Part shown: positions 6,405-14,018 of the stretch, piece after piece
Position numbering within the stretch: position 1 is the first letter of the stretch
Layout: each line of letters begins with the position of its first letter
Virus record (IMG/VR): IMGVR_UViG_2547132277_000010
From: a virus
Lineage: Duplodnaviria; Heunggongvirae; Uroviricota; Caudoviricetes
Length of the DNA: 15,401 nt
Strand: one strand, 5' to 3'
The notes under the pieces: generated by a model
The model's input: only the letters and a program-made list of their open reading frames with translations
Database searches by the model: none
What the model was told of the DNA's origin: nothing
Program-made: the position numbers and the translations under genes

Positions 6405-6457
6405 ATACTAAAGCACTTGCAAAAACTTTCAGTTCAATCATAATGTGTACTGAAAGT
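6405..6457. promoter_or_regulatory. OR/pR/pRM switch region: candidate pR (-35 TTGCAA 6417-6422, 16 bp spacer, -10 CATAAT 6439-6444) with operator-like inverted repeats
   Basis: Inverted repeat ACTTTCAGT (6425-6433) / ACTGAAAGT (6449-6457) and the AGTTC-N11-GnACT arrangement shared with the pL region. A weak pRM -10 (TAGTAT) would place the start at the cI ATG. Confidence 0.5.
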
Positions 6458-6475
6458 ACGAAAAAGGATATTCCT

Positions 6476-6703
6476 ATGCAAAATCTTGATGAGCCGATTA
6501 AAGGTGTCGGCATCCCTGAAGTTGCGAAGGCTTGTGGAGTTAGCGAAAGGGCTGTCTATAAGTGGCTCAAAAACGGCTTCCTCCCTAAGACTGAGTTTTT
6601 TGGGAAAACGAAATACGCATCAAAAATCGAAGAGATTTCTGGTGGCAAATATCAAGCAAGCGAAATGCTTGAAATAAGCAAAAAGAACCTTCTGGCTGCA
6701 TAA
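6476..6703 (+). CDS. cro: Cro-like HTH regulator, 75 aa (start at the internal ATG 6476, not the track's 6443)
   Basis: AAGGA lies 8 nt upstream of ATG 6476. HTH VAKACGVSERAVYKWLKNG. First rightward gene, divergent from cI. Confidence 0.75.
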   Translation: MQNLDEPIKGVGIPEVAKACGVSERAVYKWLKNGFLPKTEFFGKTKYASKIEEISGGKYQASEMLEISKKNLLAA

Positions 6704-6710
6704 GTAACAC

Positions 6711-6756
6711 CGCTATTTTCACAATGGACATTCGTCCTACGTCGCTGACAAAGCGA
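6711..6756 (+). promoter_or_regulatory. nutR: boxA-like CGCTATTTT (6711-6719) and boxB hairpin UCGCUGACAAAGCGA (6742-6756)
   Basis: The boxB loop UGACAAA is identical to the nutL boxB loop. Located directly after the cro stop, as in lambdoid phages. Confidence 0.55.
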
Positions 6757-7183
6757 GCCCCAAGATATCTCCTCTCTGGTTATCTGCATCATCGTCTGCC
6801 TGTCATGGGCTGTTAATCATTACCGGGATAACGCCATCGCCTACAAAGCCCAGCGCGACAAAGCCACATCCATCATCGCTGACATGCAGAAGCGTCAACG
6901 TGATGTAGCAGAACTTGACGCCAGATACACAAAGGAGCTTGCTGATGCTAACGCGACTATCGAAAGTCTCCGCGCTGATGTTTCTGCTGGTCGTAAGCGC
7001 CTGCAAGTCGCCGCCACCTGTGCAAAGTCAACGACCGGAGCCAGCAGCATGGGCGATGGAGAAAGCCCAGGACTTACAGCAGATGCTGAACTCAATTATT
7101 ACCGTCTCAGAAGTGGAATCGACAGGATAACCGCGCAGGTTAACTACCTGCAGGAGTACATCAGGACTCAGTGCCTGAAATAA
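6749..7183 (+). pseudogene. Rz: Rz (i-spanin) homolog truncated at the 5' end; an internal ATG at 6884 could give a 99 aa product lacking the membrane anchor
   Basis: Translation [22 protein letters not shown]...RQRDV...YTKELADA...AGRKRL...QC closely parallels lambda Rz (from memory). The frame opens only after a TGA at 6746-6748; the first ~9 codons and any ATG/GTG/TTG start are absent. Confidence 0.75.
6945..7130 (+). CDS. Rz1: Rz1 (o-spanin) outer-membrane lipoprotein embedded in the +1 frame of Rz, 61 aa
   Basis: AGGAG lies 8 nt upstream of ATG 6945. Signal-peptide-like N-terminus with lipobox LVVSAC followed by a proline-rich mature part ([12 protein letters not shown]), the hallmark Rz1 architecture. 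Confidence 0.75.
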   Translation: MLTRLSKVSALMFLLVVSACKSPPPVQSQRPEPAAWAMEKAQDLQQMLNSIITVSEVESTG

Positions 7184-7215
7184 TTTTTTTGCAAATCACA
7201 AAGTCCATTTAATGA

Positions 7216-7238
7216 GCCTCGCGATGCGGGGCTTTTTT
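7216..7238 (+). terminator. intrinsic terminator after Rz/Rz1 (GCCTCGC-GAT-GCGGGGC followed by TTTTTT)
   Basis: Hairpin with one G-U pair followed by a six-T run, about 30 nt after the Rz stop. Confidence 0.55.
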
Positions 7239-7385
7239 ATGTCCGCAGTAAACACGCTTCACACGCGCGACTTATGAACACAGAACCTTTCAGGATGACC
7301 CTTGAGGATGCCGGTTTGGTGATCGGTGCCTTTCTGTGGGCCGGAATCCTGTGTGACAAGGTTCATCACTAAAAGGTGATCACTG

Positions 7386-7916
7386 ATGAAGTACCCAACA
7401 GTTATTGTCAATGGTGTGTCCGTTCGTGTTGATGAGGATGGACGCTACAACTTAAACGATCTCCATGCAGCAGCAGTTGCAAATGGAGAGGCTACAGAGC
7501 AACAGCGCCCAAGCCAGTTTTTGCGTAGCGCGCAGATAAAACGCTTCATAAAAGCACTGGAGGCCAAAGTGCAAAAAAGCACTTTGGAACAAATTCAACC
7601 ACTTAAAATAATCAAAGGTGGTGCAGAACCAGGTGTGTGGGGTGTTGAACTTCTGGCAATCAGATATGCAGCATGGATTAAGCCGGAATTTGAAATCGAA
7701 GTTTATGAAGTTTTCAAAACGGTTGTCCGTCTCGGCGTTGGCGCAATGTCCCGTCTGAATAGAATCGATCACATCATCAATACTGAAACCAAAGCGATAA
7801 GCCAGTGCGCAAGCCAAATGGCTAAGTGGGGCGTTGGTGGGCGAAAAAGATTGCTTCATGTTGCACGTGAGAGAGCGGCAAATGAAGTGCAAATGTATTT
7901 GCCCGGAATGGTGTGA
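7386..7916 (+). CDS. KilA-N domain protein, 176 aa
   Basis: AAGGTG upstream of the ATG. N-terminal region (RYNLNDLH...FLR...KGG...GVWGV.LLA..YAAWIKPEFEIEV) fits the KilA-N consensus as I recall it. Confidence 0.7.
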   Translation: MKYPTVIVNGVSVRVDEDGRYNLNDLHAAAVANGEATEQQRPSQFLRSAQIKRFIKALEAKVQKSTLEQIQPLKIIKGGAEPGVWGVELLAIRYAAWIKPEFEIEVYEVFKTVVRLGVGAMSRLNRIDHIINTETKAISQCASQMAKWGVGGRKRLLHVARERAANEVQMYLPGMV

Positions 7917-8103
7917 TTTCGCAGGTTAATCCAGTTTTTGCATTACGGCAGTACCGCGAAACAACCCAAGCCAGTAAGTGGGGAAATAACACTGGCAGCC
8001 ACTGAAAGATGAACCTCCTGCCTGATGGCAAAAAAGATTCTTTGTGGTGGCGGACTGATGGAAAGACATCTTAATCAAGCAACCACTCCACAGGGTCATA
8101 ATT

Positions 8104-8499
8104 ATGAACGACCAGCAAATCGAAAAAGAAATCGTTGAGAAAGGCAAAACGGCACCGCGTGTAACACCCGAGAAAATTGAAGGCCTCATTTGCAGTGAGC
8201 ATTTTTTCACTGCTGCGCAGGGTGACCACCAGGCTAAAGAAGATGACCTTATTTATAATCCGGAGCCTTATGTCGAAGCCACCCCTGATGCTCTGCACCT
8301 TCTCACTTTCTGCGTATTGGTACTGAAGAATGGCTTCACCGTTACCGGAGAGAGTGCCTGTGCAAGCCAGGAAAACTTTGATGCAGAAATTGGTCGGAAA
8401 ATTGCGCGTGAAAATGCGGTTAACAAAATTTGGATGCTGGAAGGTTACTTGCTGAAGCAGAACCCGACTATTCCAGTTACTCAATTCCTTGTGGTGTAG
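8104..8499 (+). CDS. phage gp49-like (Phage_gp49_66 family?) protein, 131 aa
   Basis: Compact ORF directly upstream of the portal gene. Family assignment is from memory and uncertain. Confidence 0.45.
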   Translation: MNDQQIEKEIVEKGKTAPRVTPEKIEGLICSEHFFTAAQGDHQAKEDDLIYNPEPYVEATPDALHLLTFCVLVLKNGFTVTGESACASQENFDAEIGRKIARENAVNKIWMLEGYLLKQNPTIPVTQFLVV

Positions 8500-8505
8500 G
8501 TTGAT

Positions 8506-10749
8506 ATGGCAGAAAAAAAGATGACTGACTGGCATCGCAAGGTGCTGTGCAACTTTGATAATGCCTGGTCAGCAACGCAGGATATGCGTGAGCAGATTAT
8601 TGAAGCTCAACGTTTCGTCCGGGTGTCCGGCGCACAGTGGGAAGGCAGCACAAACGCTGGTTACTCATTTGATGAAGGCAGGTTTGAGCATTACCCGCGC
8701 TTTGAGCTGAATAAGATTGCCCGTGAATGTGATCGCATCATTGGCGAGTATCGACAGAATCGCATCAGCGTTAAATTCAGGCCGAAGGATGACAAGGCAT
8801 CGGAAGCGTTAGCCGAAAAGATGAACGGCAAATTCCGCGCTGACTATCAGGAAACATCCGGTGGCGAAGCGTGTGATAACGCATTTGATGATGCTGTAAC
8901 GGGCGGATTCTGTTGTTTCCGCATGTGTGCCGATTACGAAGATGAAATGGACCCAAGTAACGAGCAGCGACGCATCAGCCTTCTTCCTGTTTACGACCCG
9001 GCCACATGCGTCTTCTTCGATCAGGACAGCAAGCAATATGACCGCTCTGATGCTATGTGGGCTATGGAAATGTTCTCCATGACGCCTAAAGCGTTCGAGG
9101 CTGAATACCCTGATTCCATCGCGGCAAGCCTTTCTCGTGATGACACTGGCACTCAATATGACTGGTCAACTCCTGATGCTATCTATGTTGGTCGCTACTA
9201 CGAAGTTCGCATAGAGAAGGTGAAGCTCACAGCATGGCGTAACCCTGTTAGCGGAGAAACGGCAATCTATGATGAAGATCAAATCAAAGATATTGTCGAC
9301 GAGCTGACCGATGGTGCATTCGAACTGATTGGCGAGCGAACGGTGAAGAAGCGCCGCGTTTATTGCGGTCTTCTGTCTGGCGCTGAATGGCTGGAAGAAC
9401 CGAAGCGTATTCCGGGCGAACATATTCCTCTCATCCCGGTATATGGGCGTCGATCATTTGTTGATAATCAGGAGCGAATCGAAGGTCACGCAGCAAAAGC
9501 GATGGATGCACAGCGTCTTGAGAACCTGATGGTTTCCATGATTGCAGATAACGCTACTCAAGCTGGCGGTGATGGCATTCCTGTAGTTGATGTTGACATG
9601 ATTCCTGGTCCTCTCGCCACTCATTGGGCGGAGCGCAACAAAAAGCGCCCGGCGTTCCTGCCGATGGTCAGTCTGAAAAACAAAAACGGAGATATTACTG
9701 CGCAGGCTCAGGTCAGCAGTTATACGCCTCCGACACAAATGCCTCCAGCTCTTGCCGGACTATTGCAGTACACCGGAACGGCTATTCAGCAAATTACAGG
9801 TGCGTCGCAGCTTGAGAACATGCCGAGCAACGTCGCTACCGATACCGTTGATAGCATCTTTAACCGGATGGACACGCAGTCCTATATCTACATGGACAAC
9901 ATGGCTAAATCCATGCGCCGTGCTGGCGTCGTGTGGCTTTCTATGGCTCGTGAAGTCTATGGCAGTGATGCGCCGATGCGTATCGTTAATGAGGACGGCA
10001 GCGATGACGTGGCGCTGATGACTGGTGAAGTGGTTGACCGTCAGACAGGGCAGGTTATCGCGCTTAATGACCTTTCGCAGGGTAACTATGAAGTGACTGT
10101 CGATGTTGGCCAGTCGTTCGCTACTCGCCGTGATGCAACGGTTAAGTCGTTACTTTCCATGCTGGCACTTATCTGGCCACAACGGGCGTTCATCCACTGG
10201 CGCATTCAACTGGCAAAAAGTCTGACCGAGTATAATCGGGTCTATCAATCTGCATTCTCACCGAACTTACTCGAACGCCCGCGTCTGGAAAGCCATCTAC
10301 AAAAACTCCTGACCGATGCCGTGAAAATGCGTGGGCTGATTGCGCCCGCCAGCAAAGAAACCCGTATTCCAAAATCGATATATGAAGGTATCCAGACCAT
10401 TAATCGCAATCTGGTTTGTATGCTGGAGTTGCAAATCAATGCATACTGGGCCACGCGCCCCAGCCATTTCGTGTTATTGAACGCGCAAAAACTTCGTGAT
10501 ACCCAGCATATGATGCAGCAAATACTGCTGAGCCTTGTTCATGCGCTGTACGAAGGTAATCCGCAGCCGGTTTTTGCCAATACGGAAAAATTGAACGATG
10601 CTGTGGAAGAGCTGCGTCAGTTGCTGAATAACCACCATGACCTGAAGGTTGTGGAAACACCAATCTATGGTTATGTGTGGCTGAACATGGAAACGGCACA
10701 TCAGCTTGAGTTGCTATCGAATCTGATTTGCCGGGCCTTGCGCAAATAA
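8506..10749 (+). CDS. P22 gp1-type portal protein, apparently chimeric: portal-like to about residue 555, then ~190 residues of unrelated sequence
   Basis: N-terminal FDNAWSATQDMREQ..., central RRVY...GEHIPLIPVYG and ...VDVGQSFATRRDATVKSLLSML parallel P22 portal segments (from memory). The C-terminal tail (from about 10170) lacks the Q/E/A-rich portal barrel and looks like a different soluble domain. Confidence 0.75.
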   Translation: MAEKKMTDWHRKVLCNFDNAWSATQDMREQIIEAQRFVRVSGAQWEGSTNAGYSFDEGRFEHYPRFELNKIARECDRIIGEYRQNRISVKFRPKDDKASEALAEKMNGKFRADYQETSGGEACDNAFDDAVTGGFCCFRMCADYEDEMDPSNEQRRISLLPVYDPATCVFFDQDSKQYDRSDAMWAMEMFSMTPKAFEAEYPDSIAASLSRDDTGTQYDWSTPDAIYVGRYYEVRIEKVKLTAWRNPVSGETAIYDEDQIKDIVDELTDGAFELIGERTVKKRRVYCGLLSGAEWLEEPKRIPGEHIPLIPVYGRRSFVDNQERIEGHAAKAMDAQRLENLMVSMIADNATQAGGDGIPVVDVDMIPGPLATHWAERNKKRPAFLPMVSLKNKNGDITAQAQVSSYTPPTQMPPALAGLLQYTGTAIQQITGASQLENMPSNVATDTVDSIFNRMDTQSYIYMDNMAKSMRRAGVVWLSMAREVYGSDAPMRIVNEDGSDDVALMTGEVVDRQTGQVIALNDLSQGNYEVTVDVGQSFATRRDATVKSLLSMLALIWPQRAFIHWRIQLAKSLTEYNRVYQSAFSPNLLERPRLESHLQKLLTDAVKMRGLIAPASKETRIPKSIYEGIQTINRNLVCMLELQINAYWATRPSHFVLLNAQKLRDTQHMMQQILLSLVHALYEGNPQPVFANTEKLNDAVEELRQLLNNHHDLKVVETPIYGYVWLNMETAHQLELLSNLICRALRK

Positions 10750-10920
10750 TTCCTAAACTTCAGAATCATCTTGCTGCTGCTTCGATTCAGCAAGGATAAA
10801 GGGTATGATAGTGAAAAGGGATAAAAGCATTGTCATCTGCGGCAGCTATGAGTAATGTTGGCCCTAACGAATAGCGGTTGCTTAAACGAATCCGACTCTC
10901 ACATTATCAGGGGTATAAAA

Positions 10921-11250
10921 ATGGAAACTACCAAGCCTTCATTCCAGGACGTACTGGAATTTGTTCGTCTGTTCCGTCGTAAGAACAAACTGCAACGTGA
11001 AATTCAGGACGTTGAGAAAAAGATCCGTGACAACCAGAAGCGCGTCCTGTTGCTGGACAACCTGAGCGATTACATCAAGCCAGGGATGAGCGTTGAAGCA
11101 ATCCAGGGCATCATCGCCAGCATGAAAGGTGACTATGAAGATCGCGTTGACGATTACATCATCAAAAATGCCGAGCTCTCCAAAGAACGCCGCGATATCT
11201 CCAAAAAGCTGAAAGCTATGGGCGAAATGAAAAACGGCGAAGCGAAGTAA
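10921..11250 (+). CDS. yeeX: YeeX-like DUF496 protein, 109 aa (start at the internal ATG 10921)
   Basis: The translation [28 protein letters not shown]... matches E. coli YeeX as I recall it; the length is 109 aa from this start. Confidence 0.7.
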   Translation: METTKPSFQDVLEFVRLFRRKNKLQREIQDVEKKIRDNQKRVLLLDNLSDYIKPGMSVEAIQGIIASMKGDYEDRVDDYIIKNAELSKERRDISKKLKAMGEMKNGEAK

Positions 11251-11263
11251 TTCCCGTTTTATT

Positions 11264-11292
11264 CAATGAGGGTTGCCCGGCAACCCTCATTG
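11264..11292 (+). other. perfect 13 bp stem-loop (CAATGAGGGTTGC / CCG / GCAACCCTCATTG) 14 nt after the yeeX stop
   Basis: Read directly from the sequence. No clean U-run follows, so it may be a structured 3' end or a small repeat element rather than a canonical terminator. Confidence 0.4.
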
Positions 11293-11350
11293 CTCATTGA
11301 TTCTTATCTGTGTATCACCGTCATCATTTTCATCTGAGAACCAATCGAAA

Positions 11351-11707
11351 TTAACAACAGCCTTCTTCTGTATGCAGCAAGGCAAAAAGTTCTGTAACTC
11401 CATTGTTATTAACTGCACTGGTTACTAACACGTTGTGCGCTCCAGCTTCCCGTAACCAACTTTTCACCAAAGATATTTGTTCCATGCCGGCTAAATCTGC
11501 TTTGGTTACTACTCCAATGACAGGGTGATTCATGGCCCGGTAGGGCGTTTTTACCTCTAATTCCTGCTTCAGCGCTGAGATTCCTGCTTGTTGCCGGAAA
11601 AGCAGGCACCTGCCGTCTGAACGGTATCGATCCGGAAGCGTATCTGCGCCATATTCTGAGCATACTGCCGGAATGGCCCTCCAACCGTGTTGACGAACTC
11701 CTGCCAT
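11351..11707 (-). pseudogene. fragment of a YeeP/YkfA/YfjP-type GTPase (C-terminal portion only)
   Basis: Contains VIGVVTKADLA...HNVLVTSAVNNNGVTELFALL, like the G4/G5 end of this GTPase family. The N-terminal part is junk and a second overlapping frame (11409..11726) is also open, indicating a degraded gene. Confidence 0.35.
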
Positions 11708-12147
11708 GGAACGTAGTTCTCACCAATAAATAAGCGTCAATACGGTGCTCCGTTGACGCTTACTTTAATCCGTTTTCTGAGCTTAGATTTTTCTGTTCCT
11801 ACCCAGACCGTGGATTTGGAATTCATTTTTTGTCAGGTCAATGCTAATCGTTAAAACGGCCATAACGCACCTCCACTGGAAGGTTTATCAGTAATATCCT
11901 ACCGTTGCTTCATGGTCGGGGCGTCCATTCCATTATTATCGGTTTTCCTTTCTGTTTATAAATGAAAACGCCAGCTGTATTCAGGCTGGCGTCAGGGGAA
12001 ATGAAGCCTGTTGAGTGAGATTCACCGGTTCTGGTGCAGAAGCTGCAGATGGCGCAGGGTAAGGACATCTTCTCTTGCCTGCTTAATACAGGACAACAGT
12101 GCTGTTTCTGTGGTTAATGGCACTATACCCTGCATCACTGCATTGTC

Positions 12148-12342
12148 TTACAGCAACTGGTGAGGGCTGGCATAAGTTGCCGGTGTTTCGGTAGAGTCAC
12201 GGTCATCCACCACGCGGAGTGAATAACCTTTTTCAGCGGCCTTATTAATCAGTTCAGTGATATTAACACCATCAATGTCAACGACAATGTGCCCCATATC
12301 CAGCGCCTGTACGTTAACGCTGTCGGCTTCCAGTGTCATCAT
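12148..12342 (-). CDS. yeeW: YeeW-like small protein, 64 aa
   Basis: Its ATG overlaps the TGA of the restored cbtA reading frame (ATGA). Position and size match the gene that follows cbtA in CP4-44-type islands. Confidence 0.55.
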   Translation of the reverse strand: MMTLEADSVNVQALDMGHIVVDIDGVNITELINKAAEKGYSLRVVDDRDSTETPATYASPHQLL

Positions 12343-12712
12343 TTCGCCTCCGGATACTTACCCAGGGTAATGTTATTTACCGTTCTGTAATTGTCGCGGG
12401 TCATCAGGCCGGTCGCCCTGCGAGCCCGGAGGATATCGATGCTGTTTATTAACTGAGAGCGGGTACAGGCGCTGAATCCCGGCTGGTCGGTAGCACCAGC
12501 GCGTATTTTTCCACGAGAAAGTTCACCGCATCACACAGTGAAATGCCTGCCTCAATATGCTGCTCAATCACACGTTCATCGGCAAAAGGTGTGTCATTCA
12601 GTGTGAGGCCATAGTGCTGGTCCAGCAGTCGGGACAGCAGTATCTGCCAGATTTCAACAGGAGACGGGCGAGAACTGGTCGCCTGCCCGGGTAATACAGG
12701 TAATGTTTTCAT
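12339..12712 (-). pseudogene. cbtA: CbtA (YeeV)-family type IV toxin gene disrupted by a 1-base frameshift near 12493
   Basis: The track ORF gives 87 aa ending ...[19 protein letters not shown]. The next frame continues [46 protein letters not shown], matching the YeeV C-terminus as I recall it. One base appears to be missing after GTGC. Confidence 0.7.
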
Positions 12713-12800
12713 ACTGAAGATTTTCCTGATATGCAGATATAAAAATGGAAAAGTGGCGTGGTGAAAACACCAGGCCGTAGCAGAAGGCTATTCTGGAGAG

Positions 12801-13169
12801 TTAATTTTTCATTTCGGGCGTCGGATAAACAGCCAGATAAACGTAACCACAACTGCTGAGGGTATCGGCTTTGCAGGTCAGCCCTTTTGCATACAGCGTG
12901 ACGGTATGCTGATGGCGGGGATTCAGTTCACCGCTGGTGAGCATGAGTTCCAGTTGTTTCATCAGCAGCGGAAAGGCCTGGTCCAGGTGGTACGCATCTG
13001 CATCGCTGAACAGGCCTCTGATACCGGCGCGGTCGGCAAGGTAATGCAACCGGTTACCCTCCTGCACCAGACGTGCCCCGAAACAGGGCGTCACGGTGCA
13101 GGGCAGCCCCCACCAGGGGCGGTCGTGATTGTCGTCGGGAAGTGTTGTCCCGGGGAGTGTGTCTGACAC
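12801..13169 (-). CDS. cbeA: CbeA (YeeU)-family type IV antitoxin, 122 aa
   Basis: MSDTLPGTTLPDDNHDRPWWGLPCTVTPCFGARLVQEGNRLHYLADRAGI... matches YeeU/YfjZ-family antitoxins from memory. Starts at GTG 13169 with AAGGA upstream. Confidence 0.85.
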   Translation of the reverse strand: MSDTLPGTTLPDDNHDRPWWGLPCTVTPCFGARLVQEGNRLHYLADRAGIRGLFSDADAYHLDQAFPLLMKQLELMLTSGELNPRHQHTVTLYAKGLTCKADTLSSCGYVYLAVYPTPEMKN

Positions 13170-13242
13170 GATAAAATCCTTACAGAAAATCGGCTAAGAA
13201 TGGTCCGGTAGTGGCGATAATTCTGCTCATCAGAATTCCCAC

Positions 13243-13464
13243 TCAGTTCAGGGTGACGCTCATCAGCCGGACATACGGACCAAAACTGTCCTTACGACGT
13301 TCAGCAAACACGGCCAGCACACCGGGAATATCCTGCACTTCACGACCGGTATACGCTTCAGCACTGCCATGCCAGCGGTATTTACCGGTACAGAACGGAA
13401 AAAGACGGGATGTCGGATGTTGTTGGTGAATACGCATGGCTTCACCACGGGTGATAATTTTCAT
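13243..13464 (-). CDS. DUF987 protein (YeeT/YpjJ/YkfH family), 73 aa
   Basis: MKIITRGEAMRIHQQHPTSRLFPFCTGKYRWHG... is typical of this family. GAGGT lies upstream of the ATG. Confidence 0.8.
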   Translation of the reverse strand: MKIITRGEAMRIHQQHPTSRLFPFCTGKYRWHGSAEAYTGREVQDIPGVLAVFAERRKDSFGPYVRLMSVTLN

Positions 13465-13526
13465 AATGGGATACCTCTGAAGACAGAAGATAAAAGTGAA
13501 AACAGGTGTGATGTGGTTGTGAAGGG

Positions 13527-14003
13527 TTAAAGCAGACCATGTTCGGCAAAGGAGAAAACCTGGTTGCCACCGACTATCAGATGGTCCGGCACCCGGATAT
13601 CCACCAGGCCCAGTGCCTGTACCAGACGTTCCGTGATAAGGCGGTCTGCCTTACTGGGTGTGACTTCACCGGAGGGGTGATTGTGTGCCAGCACCACGGC
13701 AGCGGCATTGTGGTACAGGGCGCGTTTAATCACTTCCCGGGGATGGACTTCCGTGCGGTTGATGGTGCCGGTAAAGAGGGTTTCACCGGCAATCAGTTGA
13801 TTCTGGTTATTCAGATACAGCACCCGGAATTCTTCACGCTCCAGTCCCGCCATGTTCAGAATCAGCCATTCCCGTGCTGCACGGGTGGAGGTGAAGGCCA
13901 CGCCGGGTTCATGAAGATGGCGGTCCAGGGTTTTCAGGGCCCGTTGAATGAGGCTGCGCTCGCCGGGCGTCATCTCTCCGGGCAGAAAGGAAAGTTGTTG
14001 CAT
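13527..14003 (-). CDS. RadC-like JAB/MPN domain protein (YeeS/YfjY family), 158 aa from ATG 14003
   Basis: Contains the HNHPSG motif and surrounding RadC-like sequence. GGAGAG lies 7 nt upstream of ATG 14003; the track's ATG at 14018 has no RBS. Confidence 0.85.
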   Translation of the reverse strand: MQQLSFLPGEMTPGERSLIQRALKTLDRHLHEPGVAFTSTRAAREWLILNMAGLEREEFRVLYLNNQNQLIAGETLFTGTINRTEVHPREVIKRALYHNAAAVVLAHNHPSGEVTPSKADRLITERLVQALGLVDIRVPDHLIVGGNQVFSFAEHGLL

Positions 14004-14018
14004 TGTGCTTCTCTCCAT

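Noticed and set aside
6443-6475. Upstream extension of cro to ATG 6443 (86 aa form)
   Set aside because: The extension would begin inside the operator/promoter region with no RBS, whereas ATG 6476 has AAGGA at proper spacing. The shorter 75 aa form is preferred.
6803-7095. Minus-strand ORFs 6803..7006 and 6895..7095
   Set aside because: Antisense to Rz/Rz1, which are supported by strong family resemblance.
7274-7372. Possible 32 aa hydrophobic ORF (MNTEPFRMTLEDAGLVIGAFLWAGILCDKVHH) between the Rz terminator and the KilA-N gene
   Set aside because: No recognisable RBS and very short. Kept as a note only; it could be a real small membrane peptide but the evidence is insufficient to call it.
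7452-8535. Minus-strand ORFs 7452..7892, 7822..8031, 7926..8210, 8071..8535
   Set aside because: Antisense to the KilA-N and gp49-like genes or spanning intergenic DNA. The translations are Cys/Phe-rich and low-complexity; no RBS.
8809-10701. Eight minus-strand ORFs of 60-115 aa inside the portal gene (8809..9156, 9166..9423, 9454..9738, 10190..10372, 10245..10454, 10436..10699, 10474..10701) plus two plus-strand alternative-frame ORFs (9624..9815, 9752..10018)
   Set aside because: They lie antisense to, or in other frames of, a long ORF with strong portal similarity. None has convincing start signals, and they overlap one another.
11409-11726. 105 aa minus-strand ORF overlapping the GTPase fragment
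   Set aside because: Alternative frame of a degraded GTPase gene. The translation is Ser/Arg-rich and junk-like; treated as part of the pseudogene.
12906-13448. ORFs 12906..13166 (+), 13211..13429 (+), 13263..13448 (-)
   Set aside because: Antisense or alternative frames of the cbeA and DUF987 genes, which are clearly recognisable.
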